From Candidatus Jorgensenbacteria bacterium (lineage in GTDB: Bacteria > Patescibacteriota > Minisyncoccia > UBA6257 > GWB1-50-10), in NCBI GenBank assembly GCA_043807585.1, contig JAZDFV010000015.1, positions 16,071 to 80,070 on the forward strand: 64,000 nucleotides of DNA. The letters run 5' to 3'. How positions within the stretch are numbered: the first letter of the stretch is position 1; each line of letters opens with the position of its first letter. Below are positions 1 to 9,457 of the stretch, piece by piece. The position numbers were made by a program, and so were the translations under genes. The notes under the pieces were generated by a model. That model had not been told where the DNA came from, ran no database searches, and saw nothing but the letters and a program-made list of their open reading frames with translations.

Positions 1-207
1 CCAATCTCCCGCATCCCATTGTGTCGCGGATGCGCTCGAGAATGTCTTTGTCATCAGCCTTCAACCCTATCACAAACTCAATGTCCCAATAAAAATACTC
101 CGGTTTACCTTTCCGTTCGTGTCGGACATCGCGGCGGAATTTAAGCGCGAAGCATCCCTCTCCATCAACAAAACCCGCTATGTAGTCACCCGGCAACTTT
201 TCCATAA
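1..207 (-). CDS. LAGLIDADG family homing endonuclease, N-terminal part (CDS runs off window start)
   Basis: Reverse-complement of 1-207 translates MEKLPGDYIAGFVDGEGCFALKFRRDV..., which has the canonical LAGLIDADG motif (YIAGFVDGEGCF); not in the ORF track because it is partial. Confidence 0.55.
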
Positions 208-341
208 GTCAATTATATACATTGTCGCACAATGAAATCAACCGACAGTTATTCACTGTTTTGTAAAACGCGAATTTTCGAAGCGCTAAAGAAAAGGGCA
301 CCACTCCCCTTTTTCCGCGTCAAAGAGGCGCGGTCTCAATG

Positions 342-710
342 CTAAAGCACATCGAGCGCCGACTTGAACAGTTTAATGGCGAACTCAAAGACCCACACGA
401 CAAGGTCAATAATGCCGCGGAGGAGGTGTGTGAGGTCAATGCCGAGGTGCTCCTGCATCCATGCTTTCACGGAATCCCAGATGCCGGAGGCGCCGCCGGC
501 GATCTGTCCCGGGGCAACCATCTCGCCGGTAAAGCCCGGGAAAATGCGCTGGATGTTGATGCCGAGCTTCTCCTGGATAAATCCCAAGGGGTCAGTGAGC
601 ACTTGTGGGATACTTTCTGCGGACGGGAGCTCCTGCGCTGCGGCGGGAACGGGAAAAACCGCAAGGGAAGCGGAAAGAATAAGCGCGATGGCGAGGAGCT
701 TCATTGGCAA
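342..710 (-). CDS. small secreted hypothetical protein (signal peptide MPMKLLAIALILSASLAVFPVPAAAQE)
   Basis: 122-aa ORF with typical N-terminal signal peptide; no recognisable domain. Confidence 0.4.
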   Translation of the reverse strand: MPMKLLAIALILSASLAVFPVPAAAQELPSAESIPQVLTDPLGFIQEKLGINIQRIFPGFTGEMVAPGQIAGGASGIWDSVKAWMQEHLGIDLTHLLRGIIDLVVWVFEFAIKLFKSALDVL

Positions 711-741
711 TATTATACCACTCCCCTCTTGAGATCGGAAG

Positions 742-1617
742 TTAGAAAAATTCCCGAGGCGATTTTTTGAGCACCACTATCTTTTTCAATTTGGTGAGCA
801 GAGGAAACCGCGCGGTGTGCTTCCCGAGAAGCCGAAGGAGGGGCTTGAGGGATGCCACGCCTTCCGCCCCAAAATCCACTCCCCTGCCACGAGCGAGGTT
901 CTCCCCTGCGAGGCGGTTCCGGGAATATTTACTGTATCCGGTGGCAATTAGGTCGCCGCGTCCGGCGGGGCTCTCCGCGAGCGTCCGTCCTTTAGCGACT
1001 TTTGCGAGCACATCACCCATTTCTTTGATAGCTTTTTCGGTCAGCCGTTTCTTTTGCGTGGCATTCCACCCGAGGCCGTCGGCAATACCCAACGTGAGCG
1101 CGTAAACGTTTTTCAAAACGCCGGCGAGCGCAAGGGCACGGACGTTTGCCGAAGGTAAAAGTGAAACACTGGTGCCCCTGAAGAGCGCTATGACGCCCGC
1201 GCGCACCCGCAGCGATGTTGCGGCGCACAATCCTTTTCCCCGTTTCCCTATCTGCAGTTCCTCCGCGAGCATGTGACCGGAAACGAGCGCAAATGGCTGA
1301 TGTGGGGGAAGGGACGCGGCGAGCACCTTATCCATGGTGTTGCCATGGTCGTGTTCTATTCCCTTTGCAAAAGAAACCGCGATAGTTTTCCGCGCAATCC
1401 AGCGGCGGATATTACCGAGCGCTTCCTTCATCGCCCACGACGGCACGCAGAGCAATATGAAATCGGCTTCGGGCACCAATTGCGCGAGCGGCCGCTGTCC
1501 TCGTACACGCGAAGGGTTTTTATCCCACCGTTCAATGCGAAGATTGCGTTTCTTTTTGAGGACATGCGCGAGTGCAGTTCCTAATTCTCCCGCGCCGATG
1601 ATAAGCACTTTTGTCAT
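742..1617 (-). CDS. gpsA: NAD(P)H-dependent glycerol-3-phosphate dehydrogenase
   Basis: N-terminal Rossmann motif KVLIIGAGELGTALAHVL, overall GpsA-like length and conserved blocks. Confidence 0.75.
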   Translation of the reverse strand: MTKVLIIGAGELGTALAHVLKKKRNLRIERWDKNPSRVRGQRPLAQLVPEADFILLCVPSWAMKEALGNIRRWIARKTIAVSFAKGIEHDHGNTMDKVLAASLPPHQPFALVSGHMLAEELQIGKRGKGLCAATSLRVRAGVIALFRGTSVSLLPSANVRALALAGVLKNVYALTLGIADGLGWNATQKKRLTEKAIKEMGDVLAKVAKGRTLAESPAGRGDLIATGYSKYSRNRLAGENLARGRGVDFGAEGVASLKPLLRLLGKHTARFPLLTKLKKIVVLKKSPREFF

Positions 1618-1832
1618 TTGTTATTTACTGGACACGGATTTATACGGATTGGAACGGATTTATACGGATATCTTGCTTAACCCCTCCAACCCCCCCTTAT
1701 CATAAGGGGAGGTTGGAGGAGTTATACGCTGATATTTTTGAATAAATTTGTGCCACATTCGTAGATTCGCATGAATTCGCTCCGACTTTATCGAGAGTCC
1801 TCGATGGAATCGGGATATATTCGCATCGCGCT

Positions 1833-2354
1833 CTAATACTCTATTCCTTTCTTCGCCTTCGCGCCTCCGTGGAAAGGGTGTTTTACGTCCTCGCAGCGGG
1901 TGACGAGGTCCGCCCGTGCTTCCATCTCGCGCGGAGCCCCGCGTCCGGTGAGAACGAGGTCCACACCCTCCGGCACCGAGCGCATGAGTTTCAGGACACG
2001 CGCTTTCGGGATAAGTTTCAAACCGAGCGCAACATTCACCTCGTCCAGGATGACAAGGTCGTACCGTTTTGAGCGCACCGCGCGCTCCCCTACCGCGAGC
2101 GTTTTCATTGCCGCCGCGCGGTGTACCTGCCGCGGGAGCTTGTCGCCCAAAATACCGACGAATCCCCTACCACCTTTTTTAAAAACAAATCGCTTTCCGA
2201 GACGGGATAGTATTACATCCTCGCCGCTCGGATAGCCGCGACCCTTCAAAAACTGGATCATAAAAACGCGCTTCCCCTGCCCTAGAGCGCGTATCCCCTG
2301 CCCAATGGCCGCCGTCGTTTTTCCTTTACCGTTACCCGTGAAGACCAAAACCAT
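1833..2354 (-). CDS. cobO: cob(I)alamin/cob(I)yrinic acid a,c-diamide adenosyltransferase (CobO/BtuR-type)
   Basis: VFTGNGKGKTTAA P-loop, LVILDE and C-terminal KHP motif typical of CobA/BtuR; lies directly downstream of nrdJ. Confidence 0.8.
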   Translation of the reverse strand: MVLVFTGNGKGKTTAAIGQGIRALGQGKRVFMIQFLKGRGYPSGEDVILSRLGKRFVFKKGGRGFVGILGDKLPRQVHRAAAMKTLAVGERAVRSKRYDLVILDEVNVALGLKLIPKARVLKLMRSVPEGVDLVLTGRGAPREMEARADLVTRCEDVKHPFHGGAKAKKGIEY

Positions 2355-2448
2355 AGGAAACTATGACAATGACGATAACAAACGCTGATTATGACTATAA
2401 CAATGACAAGTATTCCCAGTCATCGTCATAATCATCAATCATCGTTAC

Positions 2449-5346
2449 TCATGAGCATCCTCCCGATGACTCGCCGCACTGGAGGCAGGTGAGGCAGGTG
2501 CCGGTGCGCACCATCATCCCGCCGCACTTGCGGCACACCGTTTCTCCCGTCACCGTTCCGTTCCCGTTGAGCTTGGGTGCGACGGGTACCGGCACAGCAC
2601 TATCCTCAGGCGCGACGGAGGCAATCACCGTTTTCACCGGTTCCCCGATGCGGTGTTCCACGGGTTTTGCGCCTTCTTGGAGCACCGCCGTCATTCCGAA
2701 CTCGCTGAGGTCTTCCGCAGAGAGGAAACGGATGGCAAGGTAGCGGAAAATGTAGTCCAGGATACTTGTCGCGATCCTGATGTGGGGGTTCTCGGTGAAA
2801 CCCGCTGGCTCGAAGCGGCTGTAGACGAACTTGTGGGCGAGTTCTTTGAACGGCACGCCGTACTGGAGCGCCATGGAGACCGAGATGGCGAAGGCGTCGA
2901 GAAGGCCGGAGAGGGTGCTCCCCTGCTTCGCTATGCGGATGAAAATTTCGGAGAGCGTGCCGTCCGACTGGTAGATGCTGTAGGTGAGATACCCTTCGTG
3001 CCCCGCGATGGAGAACTTGTGGGTCTCGGAGAGGCGCGTCGCGGGGAGCCGCCGCCGGGAGGCCGTGGTGCCCGCGCGGATTCCATCCTCGCCGTCAGCC
3101 GATTTTTTCTCGGCATCGGAAGAAGTGGAGAGCGGCTGAGCGGCCTTGGAACCGTCGCGGTATACCGCAAACGCCTTGATGCCGAGCTTCCATGCCATAA
3201 GGTAAGCGTCGGCGATCTCCTCCTTGGTGGTCTCGCGCTGCATGTTGAAGGTTTTTGATATGGCGCCCGAGATGAACGGTTGTACCGCCGCCACCATCTT
3301 CACGTGTCCCTGCCAAGGGATTGACCTGGTGCCTTCGTGGGGTCGCATTGCGCAGTCAAAGACCGCGAGGTGCTCGGACTTGAGGTGGGGAGCGCCCTCA
3401 ACGGTGCCGTGCTCCGAGATCCATGCGATGATAGCGTCCTTCTCTTCGCCGCGGTATCCGAGGTTCTCTAGGGCCTCGGGGACGCTGCCGTTCACGATCT
3501 TCATCAGGCCGCCACCGACAAGTTGCTTCGTCTTCACAAGGGAAAAGTCGGGTTCGATGCCGGTGGTGTCGCAGTCCATCATGAACGAGATCGTGCCGGT
3601 GGGCGCGATGACGGTAACCTGTGAGTTGCGGAATCCGTTCGTCTCGCCGAGTGAGAGCGTTTCCTCCCACACCCCCTGTACGGCGCCGCCGAGCGCGGCG
3701 TCCTTGAGGAGTGCTACTGGAATCGCGCGCGCCACGAACCCATGGCTGCGGATGACATCGAGCATCGGTGCACGGTTCGCGGCGAATCCCTCGAAGGGTT
3801 TCATCCGTGCCGCCACAAGCGCCGAGTAGCGGTACGCTTCCCCCGAGAGCAGCGAGGCAATGGTAGCGCCCCACGCTCTCCCCTCCTCCGAGTCGTAGGG
3901 GATCCCTTTGGTCATGAGAAGCGCTCCTAGGTTCGCGAACCCGAGCCCCAATTGCCTGAATTTGTGCGCGTTTTCGGTTATGGGTGGGGTCGGATAGCTC
4001 GAATCGTCAATGATGATTTCCTGGGCCAGGAGGAACACGTCCACCGCCTGCCGGAACGCATCAACGTTGAAGGCGCCACTCGCCTCGCCTCGGCTCGTCG
4101 AGGCCGGGTCGTCCCGCATGAATTTGAGGAGGTTCAGGGAAGCGAGGTTGCAGGCGGAGTTGTCGAGGTGCATGTACTCCGAGCAGGGGTTCGAAGCGTT
4201 GATGCGGCCGGAGTTGGGGCAGGTGTGCCAGCGGTTCACGGTGGTGTCGAACTGGACGCCAGGGTCGCCGGATTCCCACGCCGCCTGGGCGATCTCCCCT
4301 AGGAGCTCCCGCGCCCGGCAGGTGGTTGCCGGTTCTCCGGTTGCGATGAAGCGCGTTTGCCACGGCCGGTCCTCCTCGACCGCCGCCATGAAACTGTCGG
4401 TGACGCGTACCGAGTTGTTGGCGTTCTGGAACTGAATGGAGTTCCACGCCTCGTTGTTGAGATCCTCCATGTGGTACCCTGCCGCGGCGAGCGCGCGCAC
4501 CTTCTTTTCCTCCTCCGCCTTGCAGCGGATGAACTCTAGGATGTCTGGGTGGTCGATGTTCAGGATCACCATCTTCGCCGCACGGCGCGTGGTGCCGCCC
4601 GATCTGATCATGCCGGCGACGGAATCGGCGCCGCGCATGAAAGACACCGGTCCCGAGGCGTGTCCGCCGCGCGAGAGCGGTTCGAGCTTCGAGCGAAGCG
4701 GCGAGAGGTTCACGCCTGACCCCGAGCCGCCCTTGAAGATGGTGCCTTCCGTTTTGATCCAGTCCAGGATGGAAGGCATGGTGTCTTCCACCGCGAGGAT
4801 GAAGCACGCCGAGCACTGCGGGTGTTCGCGCACGCCGACGTTGAACCACACCGGGCTGTTGAACGAACCCTTCTGGTGGAGAAGGAGGTGGATAAGCTCG
4901 TCCTCGAAGATTCCCGCCTGCGTGGGGCCGGTGAAGTAGCCGGATTCCTCACCCCACTTGCGGATCGTCTTCGCGACGCGTGAGATCATTTGCTTCAGGC
5001 TCCACTCGCGTTCGGGGGAACCCAGTTTGCCGCGGAAGTACTTCGCGGCGGTGATGTTTATCGCATTGGGTGACCAAAAGTCGGGGAACTCAACGTCCTT
5101 CTGCTCGAACGCCTTGCGCTCGCCGCTCCCCACGGCCGCATCGCGCTTCACCCACGTGACCTCGTCGAATGGGTGGACCTTCCCATCGGTGAAGAGGCGC
5201 TTCAGGGGAAGCGCCGGCCTGTTGTCCGGCCCGCTTCGCCGGAGCTTCGGCGAGGCGAGTGGGATGGCGCGCTTCGCAGCGGCGCGCGACAGAGAACGGC
5301 GGCTCTGCGAAGTGCGGGAAATTTTTTTGGCAGTCATGCCCGACAA
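2449..5346 (-). CDS. nrdJ: class II adenosylcobalamin-dependent ribonucleoside-diphosphate/triphosphate reductase
   Basis: 965 aa; N-terminal FTDGKVHPFDEVTW block, central RNR barrel blocks, C-terminal CRKCGG...CLTCLQCGESSGGCS zinc ribbon typical of NrdJ; true start may be internal. Confidence 0.9.
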   Translation of the reverse strand: MSGMTAKKISRTSQSRRSLSRAAAKRAIPLASPKLRRSGPDNRPALPLKRLFTDGKVHPFDEVTWVKRDAAVGSGERKAFEQKDVEFPDFWSPNAINITAAKYFRGKLGSPEREWSLKQMISRVAKTIRKWGEESGYFTGPTQAGIFEDELIHLLLHQKGSFNSPVWFNVGVREHPQCSACFILAVEDTMPSILDWIKTEGTIFKGGSGSGVNLSPLRSKLEPLSRGGHASGPVSFMRGADSVAGMIRSGGTTRRAAKMVILNIDHPDILEFIRCKAEEEKKVRALAAAGYHMEDLNNEAWNSIQFQNANNSVRVTDSFMAAVEEDRPWQTRFIATGEPATTCRARELLGEIAQAAWESGDPGVQFDTTVNRWHTCPNSGRINASNPCSEYMHLDNSACNLASLNLLKFMRDDPASTSRGEASGAFNVDAFRQAVDVFLLAQEIIIDDSSYPTPPITENAHKFRQLGLGFANLGALLMTKGIPYDSEEGRAWGATIASLLSGEAYRYSALVAARMKPFEGFAANRAPMLDVIRSHGFVARAIPVALLKDAALGGAVQGVWEETLSLGETNGFRNSQVTVIAPTGTISFMMDCDTTGIEPDFSLVKTKQLVGGGLMKIVNGSVPEALENLGYRGEEKDAIIAWISEHGTVEGAPHLKSEHLAVFDCAMRPHEGTRSIPWQGHVKMVAAVQPFISGAISKTFNMQRETTKEEIADAYLMAWKLGIKAFAVYRDGSKAAQPLSTSSDAEKKSADGEDGIRAGTTASRRRLPATRLSETHKFSIAGHEGYLTYSIYQSDGTLSEIFIRIAKQGSTLSGLLDAFAISVSMALQYGVPFKELAHKFVYSRFEPAGFTENPHIRIATSILDYIFRYLAIRFLSAEDLSEFGMTAVLQEGAKPVEHRIGEPVKTVIASVAPEDSAVPVPVAPKLNGNGTVTGETVCRKCGGMMVRTGTCLTCLQCGESSGGCS

Positions 5347-5427
5347 CCATAGCGCAAAACGGGAAGCCCCGCACCTGTGGACAAGCCTCGAGAAGCGAAC
5401 GAAATGGTTGCAATGTCAACCCGAAAT

Positions 5428-5521
5428 GCTACGAAATACGAAAAGCTTACGAATATACGAAATGCCGCTGAATATCAGTGCTGTTTTTCGTATATTCGTA
5501 CTAAAATTCGTATTTCGTAGC
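5428..5521. promoter_or_regulatory. about 94-nt two-segment hairpin (14+14 bp arms of acgaaatacgaa/acgaatatacgaaa) in the pdaD-nrdJ spacer, equal to the nrdJ leader
   Basis: gctacgaaatacgaa..acgaatatacgaaa [loop with nested ctgaatatcag palindrome] tttcgtatattcgt..ttcgtatttcgtagc read directly. Confidence 0.5.
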
Positions 5522-5526
5522 CGCAA

Positions 5527-6105
5527 TTAGGGAGCTGGGGGTGCCTGCCCGTTCCCGAAGATGAGCACCGCGGATGCTACCGTGGTGGTCCAGAGCCCAT
5601 CCTTGTGACCCTCCGCGGACTGGGTGATGTTGGTAGTGCGGATGATCTTACCGGAGGCCTTGTACACCTGTTCGCGCTCGTCCCAGGCGGCGTTGGGGTC
5701 GAACTCAAGGCCGAGGGTGGTCGCGAGCATCGTGGCGGCAAGGTCTTCTGCATACTCCCCTGCCTTCCCTTCCGTTTCGCCGAATGTGTGGTGCTCGGAA
5801 AGATATCCATACTGCGATGGGTCTGCGGGTTGGGCAAGGCCGATTGCGGAAACCACGAGGCGGTTCGGTTCGTTCGTCTCATTCCGCGCCATGACGCAGA
5901 AGACCACCTGGCCGGGCACCAGAAACTTCTTCCCCTCTTCCTTGGAGATGCGCTTGCAGTTCGGGGGAAAGATGGAACTCACCTGCACGAGGTTGTACTC
6001 GGCGATGCCCGCGTCGCGGAGCGCCATCTCAAAGGATTGGAGCTGTTCCTTGTGGCGCCCCACACCCTTCGTGAAAAACATCTTTGCCGGCACTAAATTG
6101 GTCAT
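5527..6105 (-). CDS. pdaD: pyruvoyl-dependent arginine decarboxylase
   Basis: [44 protein letters not shown] matches the PdaD N-terminus including the SS self-processing site. Confidence 0.85.
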   Translation of the reverse strand: MTNLVPAKMFFTKGVGRHKEQLQSFEMALRDAGIAEYNLVQVSSIFPPNCKRISKEEGKKFLVPGQVVFCVMARNETNEPNRLVVSAIGLAQPADPSQYGYLSEHHTFGETEGKAGEYAEDLAATMLATTLGLEFDPNAAWDEREQVYKASGKIIRTTNITQSAEGHKDGLWTTTVASAVLIFGNGQAPPAP

Positions 6106-6129
6106 GCGAGATATAGTAGCAGATGTGTG

Positions 6130-7326
6130 TTATCCGTAAAGTCGCGCGAGCTCGTTGAACTTTACGAGACGCTCGCGGATAGGGGCGCCGATTTTCACGC
6201 CGTCGGCGCCGCAGGCGCGCGCGAGGTGGATGATGAACGTGTCATCGGTCTCGCCGGAGCGATGGGAAATAACAACCTGAATCCCGCGCGTGCGCGCCGC
6301 GCGGATGGCTTCGCATGTCTCGCTCACGGTTCCAATCTGGTTCGGTTTGATGATGACGCCGCTTATGGCTCCCTGTGCGGCGCACGATTCGATGAGCGCC
6401 GGATTCGTCACGGTGAGGTCGTCCCCCACGATGAGCTTTCCGGGGAGTTCCCGCCGCAGCGCCGCGAATGTCTCTCCCTCGTTCTCGTCGAACGGGTCTT
6501 CAATGGACATGAGGAGTGGCTCGCGCGCCGCATAGCTTTGGTAGATCGTTTTGAGTTCATCACTGGTGAGGTTTTTGCCCTCGAACTTATAGAAGCCACC
6601 CTTGAAGAAAACGGAGGCCGCGGAGTCAATGCCAAGCGCAAACTCTTTCTCGAGGTGGAGGGAGCGTATGCGCGCCCCGAGCGTGGCGAGGGGCTCGAAG
6701 TTGTCTTTGAAGTTCAGGGAGTAGCCACCCTCATCACCCAGGCGGATGGCGGTGAGATTCTGTGACTGCTGCAGCCATCCACCGAGGTCATGGTAGAAGG
6801 CCTTGAGCTGTTCCACGCTCTCTTTTACCGATACACTTGGTTTCACTGCGACAAGGTACTCCTGAATGTCGAGGTTGTTTTCCGCATGGGCGCCGCCGTT
6901 TATGAGATTTGAGAAAATGCGCGGCGGCGCGTCGCCTGCGGTGCTCGCGAAAAACTCGCCTCGGAGCATGAGCCAGAGCTCGCGTCCCTCGGCGCCCGCG
7001 AGCGCCCGCGCGAAGGCGATGGAGACGCCGAGGAGGACGTTACCGCCGAACGCTGCCTTATCCGGCGTGCCGTCCAGGTCAATGAGGAACCGGTCCAGGT
7101 CGCCCACCGAGGTGAAATCCCTGTCCCGTAGCGCCTGCTCGATCTTTTCCGCAGCCGCTATCGCCTCCGCGGTCGCCAGCACCCGCGCCTCGCGCGAGCC
7201 GCGGCTCCCACCGGAGGGAATGGATGCGGAGAATTCCTTTCCGTTGTCGGTGACGATGATCACCTCGATCGTAGGCGCCCCACGCGAGTCAGGAATTTCT
7301 TTTATGGCGATGCTTTGGATTCTCAT
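6130..7326 (-). CDS. eno: enolase (phosphopyruvate hydratase)
   Basis: IKEIPDSRGAPTIEV, SIPSGGSRGSREA, C-terminal IKPNQIGTVSET...VISHRSGETDD signature blocks. Confidence 0.9.
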   Translation of the reverse strand: MRIQSIAIKEIPDSRGAPTIEVIIVTDNGKEFSASIPSGGSRGSREARVLATAEAIAAAEKIEQALRDRDFTSVGDLDRFLIDLDGTPDKAAFGGNVLLGVSIAFARALAGAEGRELWLMLRGEFFASTAGDAPPRIFSNLINGGAHAENNLDIQEYLVAVKPSVSVKESVEQLKAFYHDLGGWLQQSQNLTAIRLGDEGGYSLNFKDNFEPLATLGARIRSLHLEKEFALGIDSAASVFFKGGFYKFEGKNLTSDELKTIYQSYAAREPLLMSIEDPFDENEGETFAALRRELPGKLIVGDDLTVTNPALIESCAAQGAISGVIIKPNQIGTVSETCEAIRAARTRGIQVVISHRSGETDDTFIIHLARACGADGVKIGAPIRERLVKFNELARLYG

Positions 7327-7421
7327 AGTTTTATTTTCCTTGGTTGCACATTCTCATATTCTTAAGAATATTAGAACATCATGCCACTCGTTGTTGTTTT
7401 GTTACTCATTGTACCCCGGCT

Positions 7422-7461
7422 GGTGCTATGACGCGTCATAGCACTATGCTATAGCATAGTA
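7422..7461. repeat. two abutting perfect palindromes (gtgctatgacgcgtcatagcac; actatgctatagcatagt) of the GGTRCTA-N10-TAGYACC family, upstream of eno
   Basis: Read directly; related copies at 9418, 15442, 16165, 23022, 23141. Confidence 0.55.
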
Positions 7462-7619
7462 CCCTCTCCCAGCTCGGAGACGAAATCGGGGAAGTTCTGA
7501 CACGTTTTAGCTTCGGTGTTCATTGATTGTGGTAAAACAACGGTCAATTAAATATGATTCTTCTTGCTCCATCCAAGGGTGCTATAATTAATTATAGCAC
7601 CCTCTACTACAGTTCCAGA

Positions 7620-9395
7620 TCACACCACCTCTGCATTGTAGCAGGATTCGCAATAGATTATCTCTTTGCGGTCCGGCGCGTAGGAGGTCTCGAACTCATT
7701 AGGACATTTCTCTCCCCCGTGGGTGTGGTGGACGGTGTTCTTATAGATACCGTTCTCACTCCCCTTCCCCGCACACTGACACTTTCTTTTCCATAGCTTC
7801 AAGGGGTTCCGCTGCTTCAAACGCTCATAGTGACGACAGTTGGGGCAGAGGCGGGGTATGGGCAGATTCATTCTCCGATAGAAGGCGAGTTCCTCCCCTA
7901 TGACCTTGAAGGCGGTGGTGCACTGGTGGGTGCATTTCCCCTCGTGAGCGCAGCCTATCGTTTCATTCAATACCTCGTCGGTGACATCTTTGATGTAGTC
8001 GGGAAGATCCTCGGGTCTCTTGGTGATAGTGTATTGTTTAAGGTCGGGGTTTTTCCACCTGTAGCCCTTCGACTTCGCTTCCGCTTCGCTCAGGGGGAAG
8101 TACTCCTGGGCGATTGTCTCGTTGTACGCGAAGGGAGACAATTCTGGAGGGAAGAACTCGCCGTACCGGTAGACCCTCCCCTGCTTATCTACGTAGGGCA
8201 TGGTGTTCATGTGCTCAATGATGCGAGGTACCAGCTCCTCATACTCTTCCTTGGTGTATTGCTTGTTCAAGATGCAGTACTGCTTGTTTTTCATCCCAAC
8301 ACACCCAAAAAGGTTATGAGAACTTGAGCACCAGTCAGTGTACTGGGACCCGCGGAGAACATCAGCGCTGGCAAAAAATTTTACATTCGAAGTTCCTTTG
8401 CCCCCGACAATCCCATCATACACGAGCTCACTTCCCTCACCACAACTGAAAACCCTGTGTACGTCTTTTGCCTTAAGGACGCGGACAACCCAAGAGGCGT
8501 TTTCCACATCATAGGCATCGAAAGAATTCCTCACGTTCTTGCAATTCAAAATGTAGTTCCCGGTGCAATTGACCGCTTTCGAAATGTCGGCGTATTTATG
8601 AATACTGCACGCCTCAAGATCCTTGAAGTCATTCAGAAGTTTGGCTCTCCCCCGAGCGCTCCCAAGATTGATCCCCGAAATCGATTTCTCATACGCGCCC
8701 TTCGAGAGCTGTTCGTTGCAAAAAACATACTGTTTGTTCCGAAGGTTTGCCGACATAAAACAATTCTGGCAATTCACACAGTCATATAGGTAGTACGAAT
8801 CCGTACAGTCACGGCTGTTCACGATGAACTGGCTCTTATAACAATGGTCGGAATTGAACCCCTCGTATAACAACTCGGAGTTCTTGGACATCAAGGAATC
8901 GAGGACATCCTTAGACCAATCAACGATATTCGAATAGTAAATGCTCTCTCCTGTAGAAATCCCATACGCAAGGTAGGCGTTCTTCGTGTTCCGCGTGTAG
9001 TTCGCGAATTCGCAGTTAACACTCGTTCCATACTGCAGTATCGCGACGCGGGGGGTTGTCTTCAAAACGGACAGGAACTGAGTAAAGAATGGTTTTGCGA
9101 AATCATACGGAACCCCATATTTTGTTGGGTCCCATTTGTCAGATATGAAACAGCTATGGCAATACACAGGGAACTGGGCCCCCACCGGGTACATGGAAAT
9201 TGTCTTCGTTTTACAAAGCTCACACTGCCCCCAATACAACGCTTTCTCATTCCGCCAGAGCATTTTCGCTGCAAAACCGCACTCCGGGCACCACGTGGGC
9301 AGCGGGACTTTTATCTTCTCGTAGAACGCGAAGTCATCCGGCTCTATCGTGAAATTCTGCTGGCAACTCTGGCAATTTCTTGATTCGTGGTGCAT
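7620..9395 (-). CDS. cysteine-rich hypothetical protein with N- and C-terminal CxxC zinc-ribbon-like modules and internal Cys/Asn-rich repeats; atypically low GC
   Basis: 591-aa ORF; FYEKIKVPLPTWCPECG at N-term and FYRRMNLPIPRLCPNCRH at C-term; local GC about 47% versus about 60% flanks. Confidence 0.5.
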   Translation of the reverse strand: MHHESRNCQSCQQNFTIEPDDFAFYEKIKVPLPTWCPECGFAAKMLWRNEKALYWGQCELCKTKTISMYPVGAQFPVYCHSCFISDKWDPTKYGVPYDFAKPFFTQFLSVLKTTPRVAILQYGTSVNCEFANYTRNTKNAYLAYGISTGESIYYSNIVDWSKDVLDSLMSKNSELLYEGFNSDHCYKSQFIVNSRDCTDSYYLYDCVNCQNCFMSANLRNKQYVFCNEQLSKGAYEKSISGINLGSARGRAKLLNDFKDLEACSIHKYADISKAVNCTGNYILNCKNVRNSFDAYDVENASWVVRVLKAKDVHRVFSCGEGSELVYDGIVGGKGTSNVKFFASADVLRGSQYTDWCSSSHNLFGCVGMKNKQYCILNKQYTKEEYEELVPRIIEHMNTMPYVDKQGRVYRYGEFFPPELSPFAYNETIAQEYFPLSEAEAKSKGYRWKNPDLKQYTITKRPEDLPDYIKDVTDEVLNETIGCAHEGKCTHQCTTAFKVIGEELAFYRRMNLPIPRLCPNCRHYERLKQRNPLKLWKRKCQCAGKGSENGIYKNTVHHTHGGEKCPNEFETSYAPDRKEIIYCESCYNAEVV

Positions 9396-9417
9396 GGATT
9401 CCTTTGCTCTAGTGGAG

Positions 9418-9442
9418 GGTACTACACGATCGTGTAGTACCT
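9418..9442. repeat. perfect palindrome gggtactacacgatcgtgtagtacc (GGTRCTA-N10-TAGYACC family), upstream of the Cys-rich gene
   Basis: Read directly. Confidence 0.55.
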
Positions 9443-9457
9443 CACCCCAGAGGCCTG

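Noticed and set aside
5347-5526. Cobalamin riboswitch or NrdR box upstream of nrdJ
   Set aside because: No GCCACTG-like B12 box or ACACwAtATaTwGTGT NrdR palindrome could be found. The structure is an AT-rich long hairpin instead.
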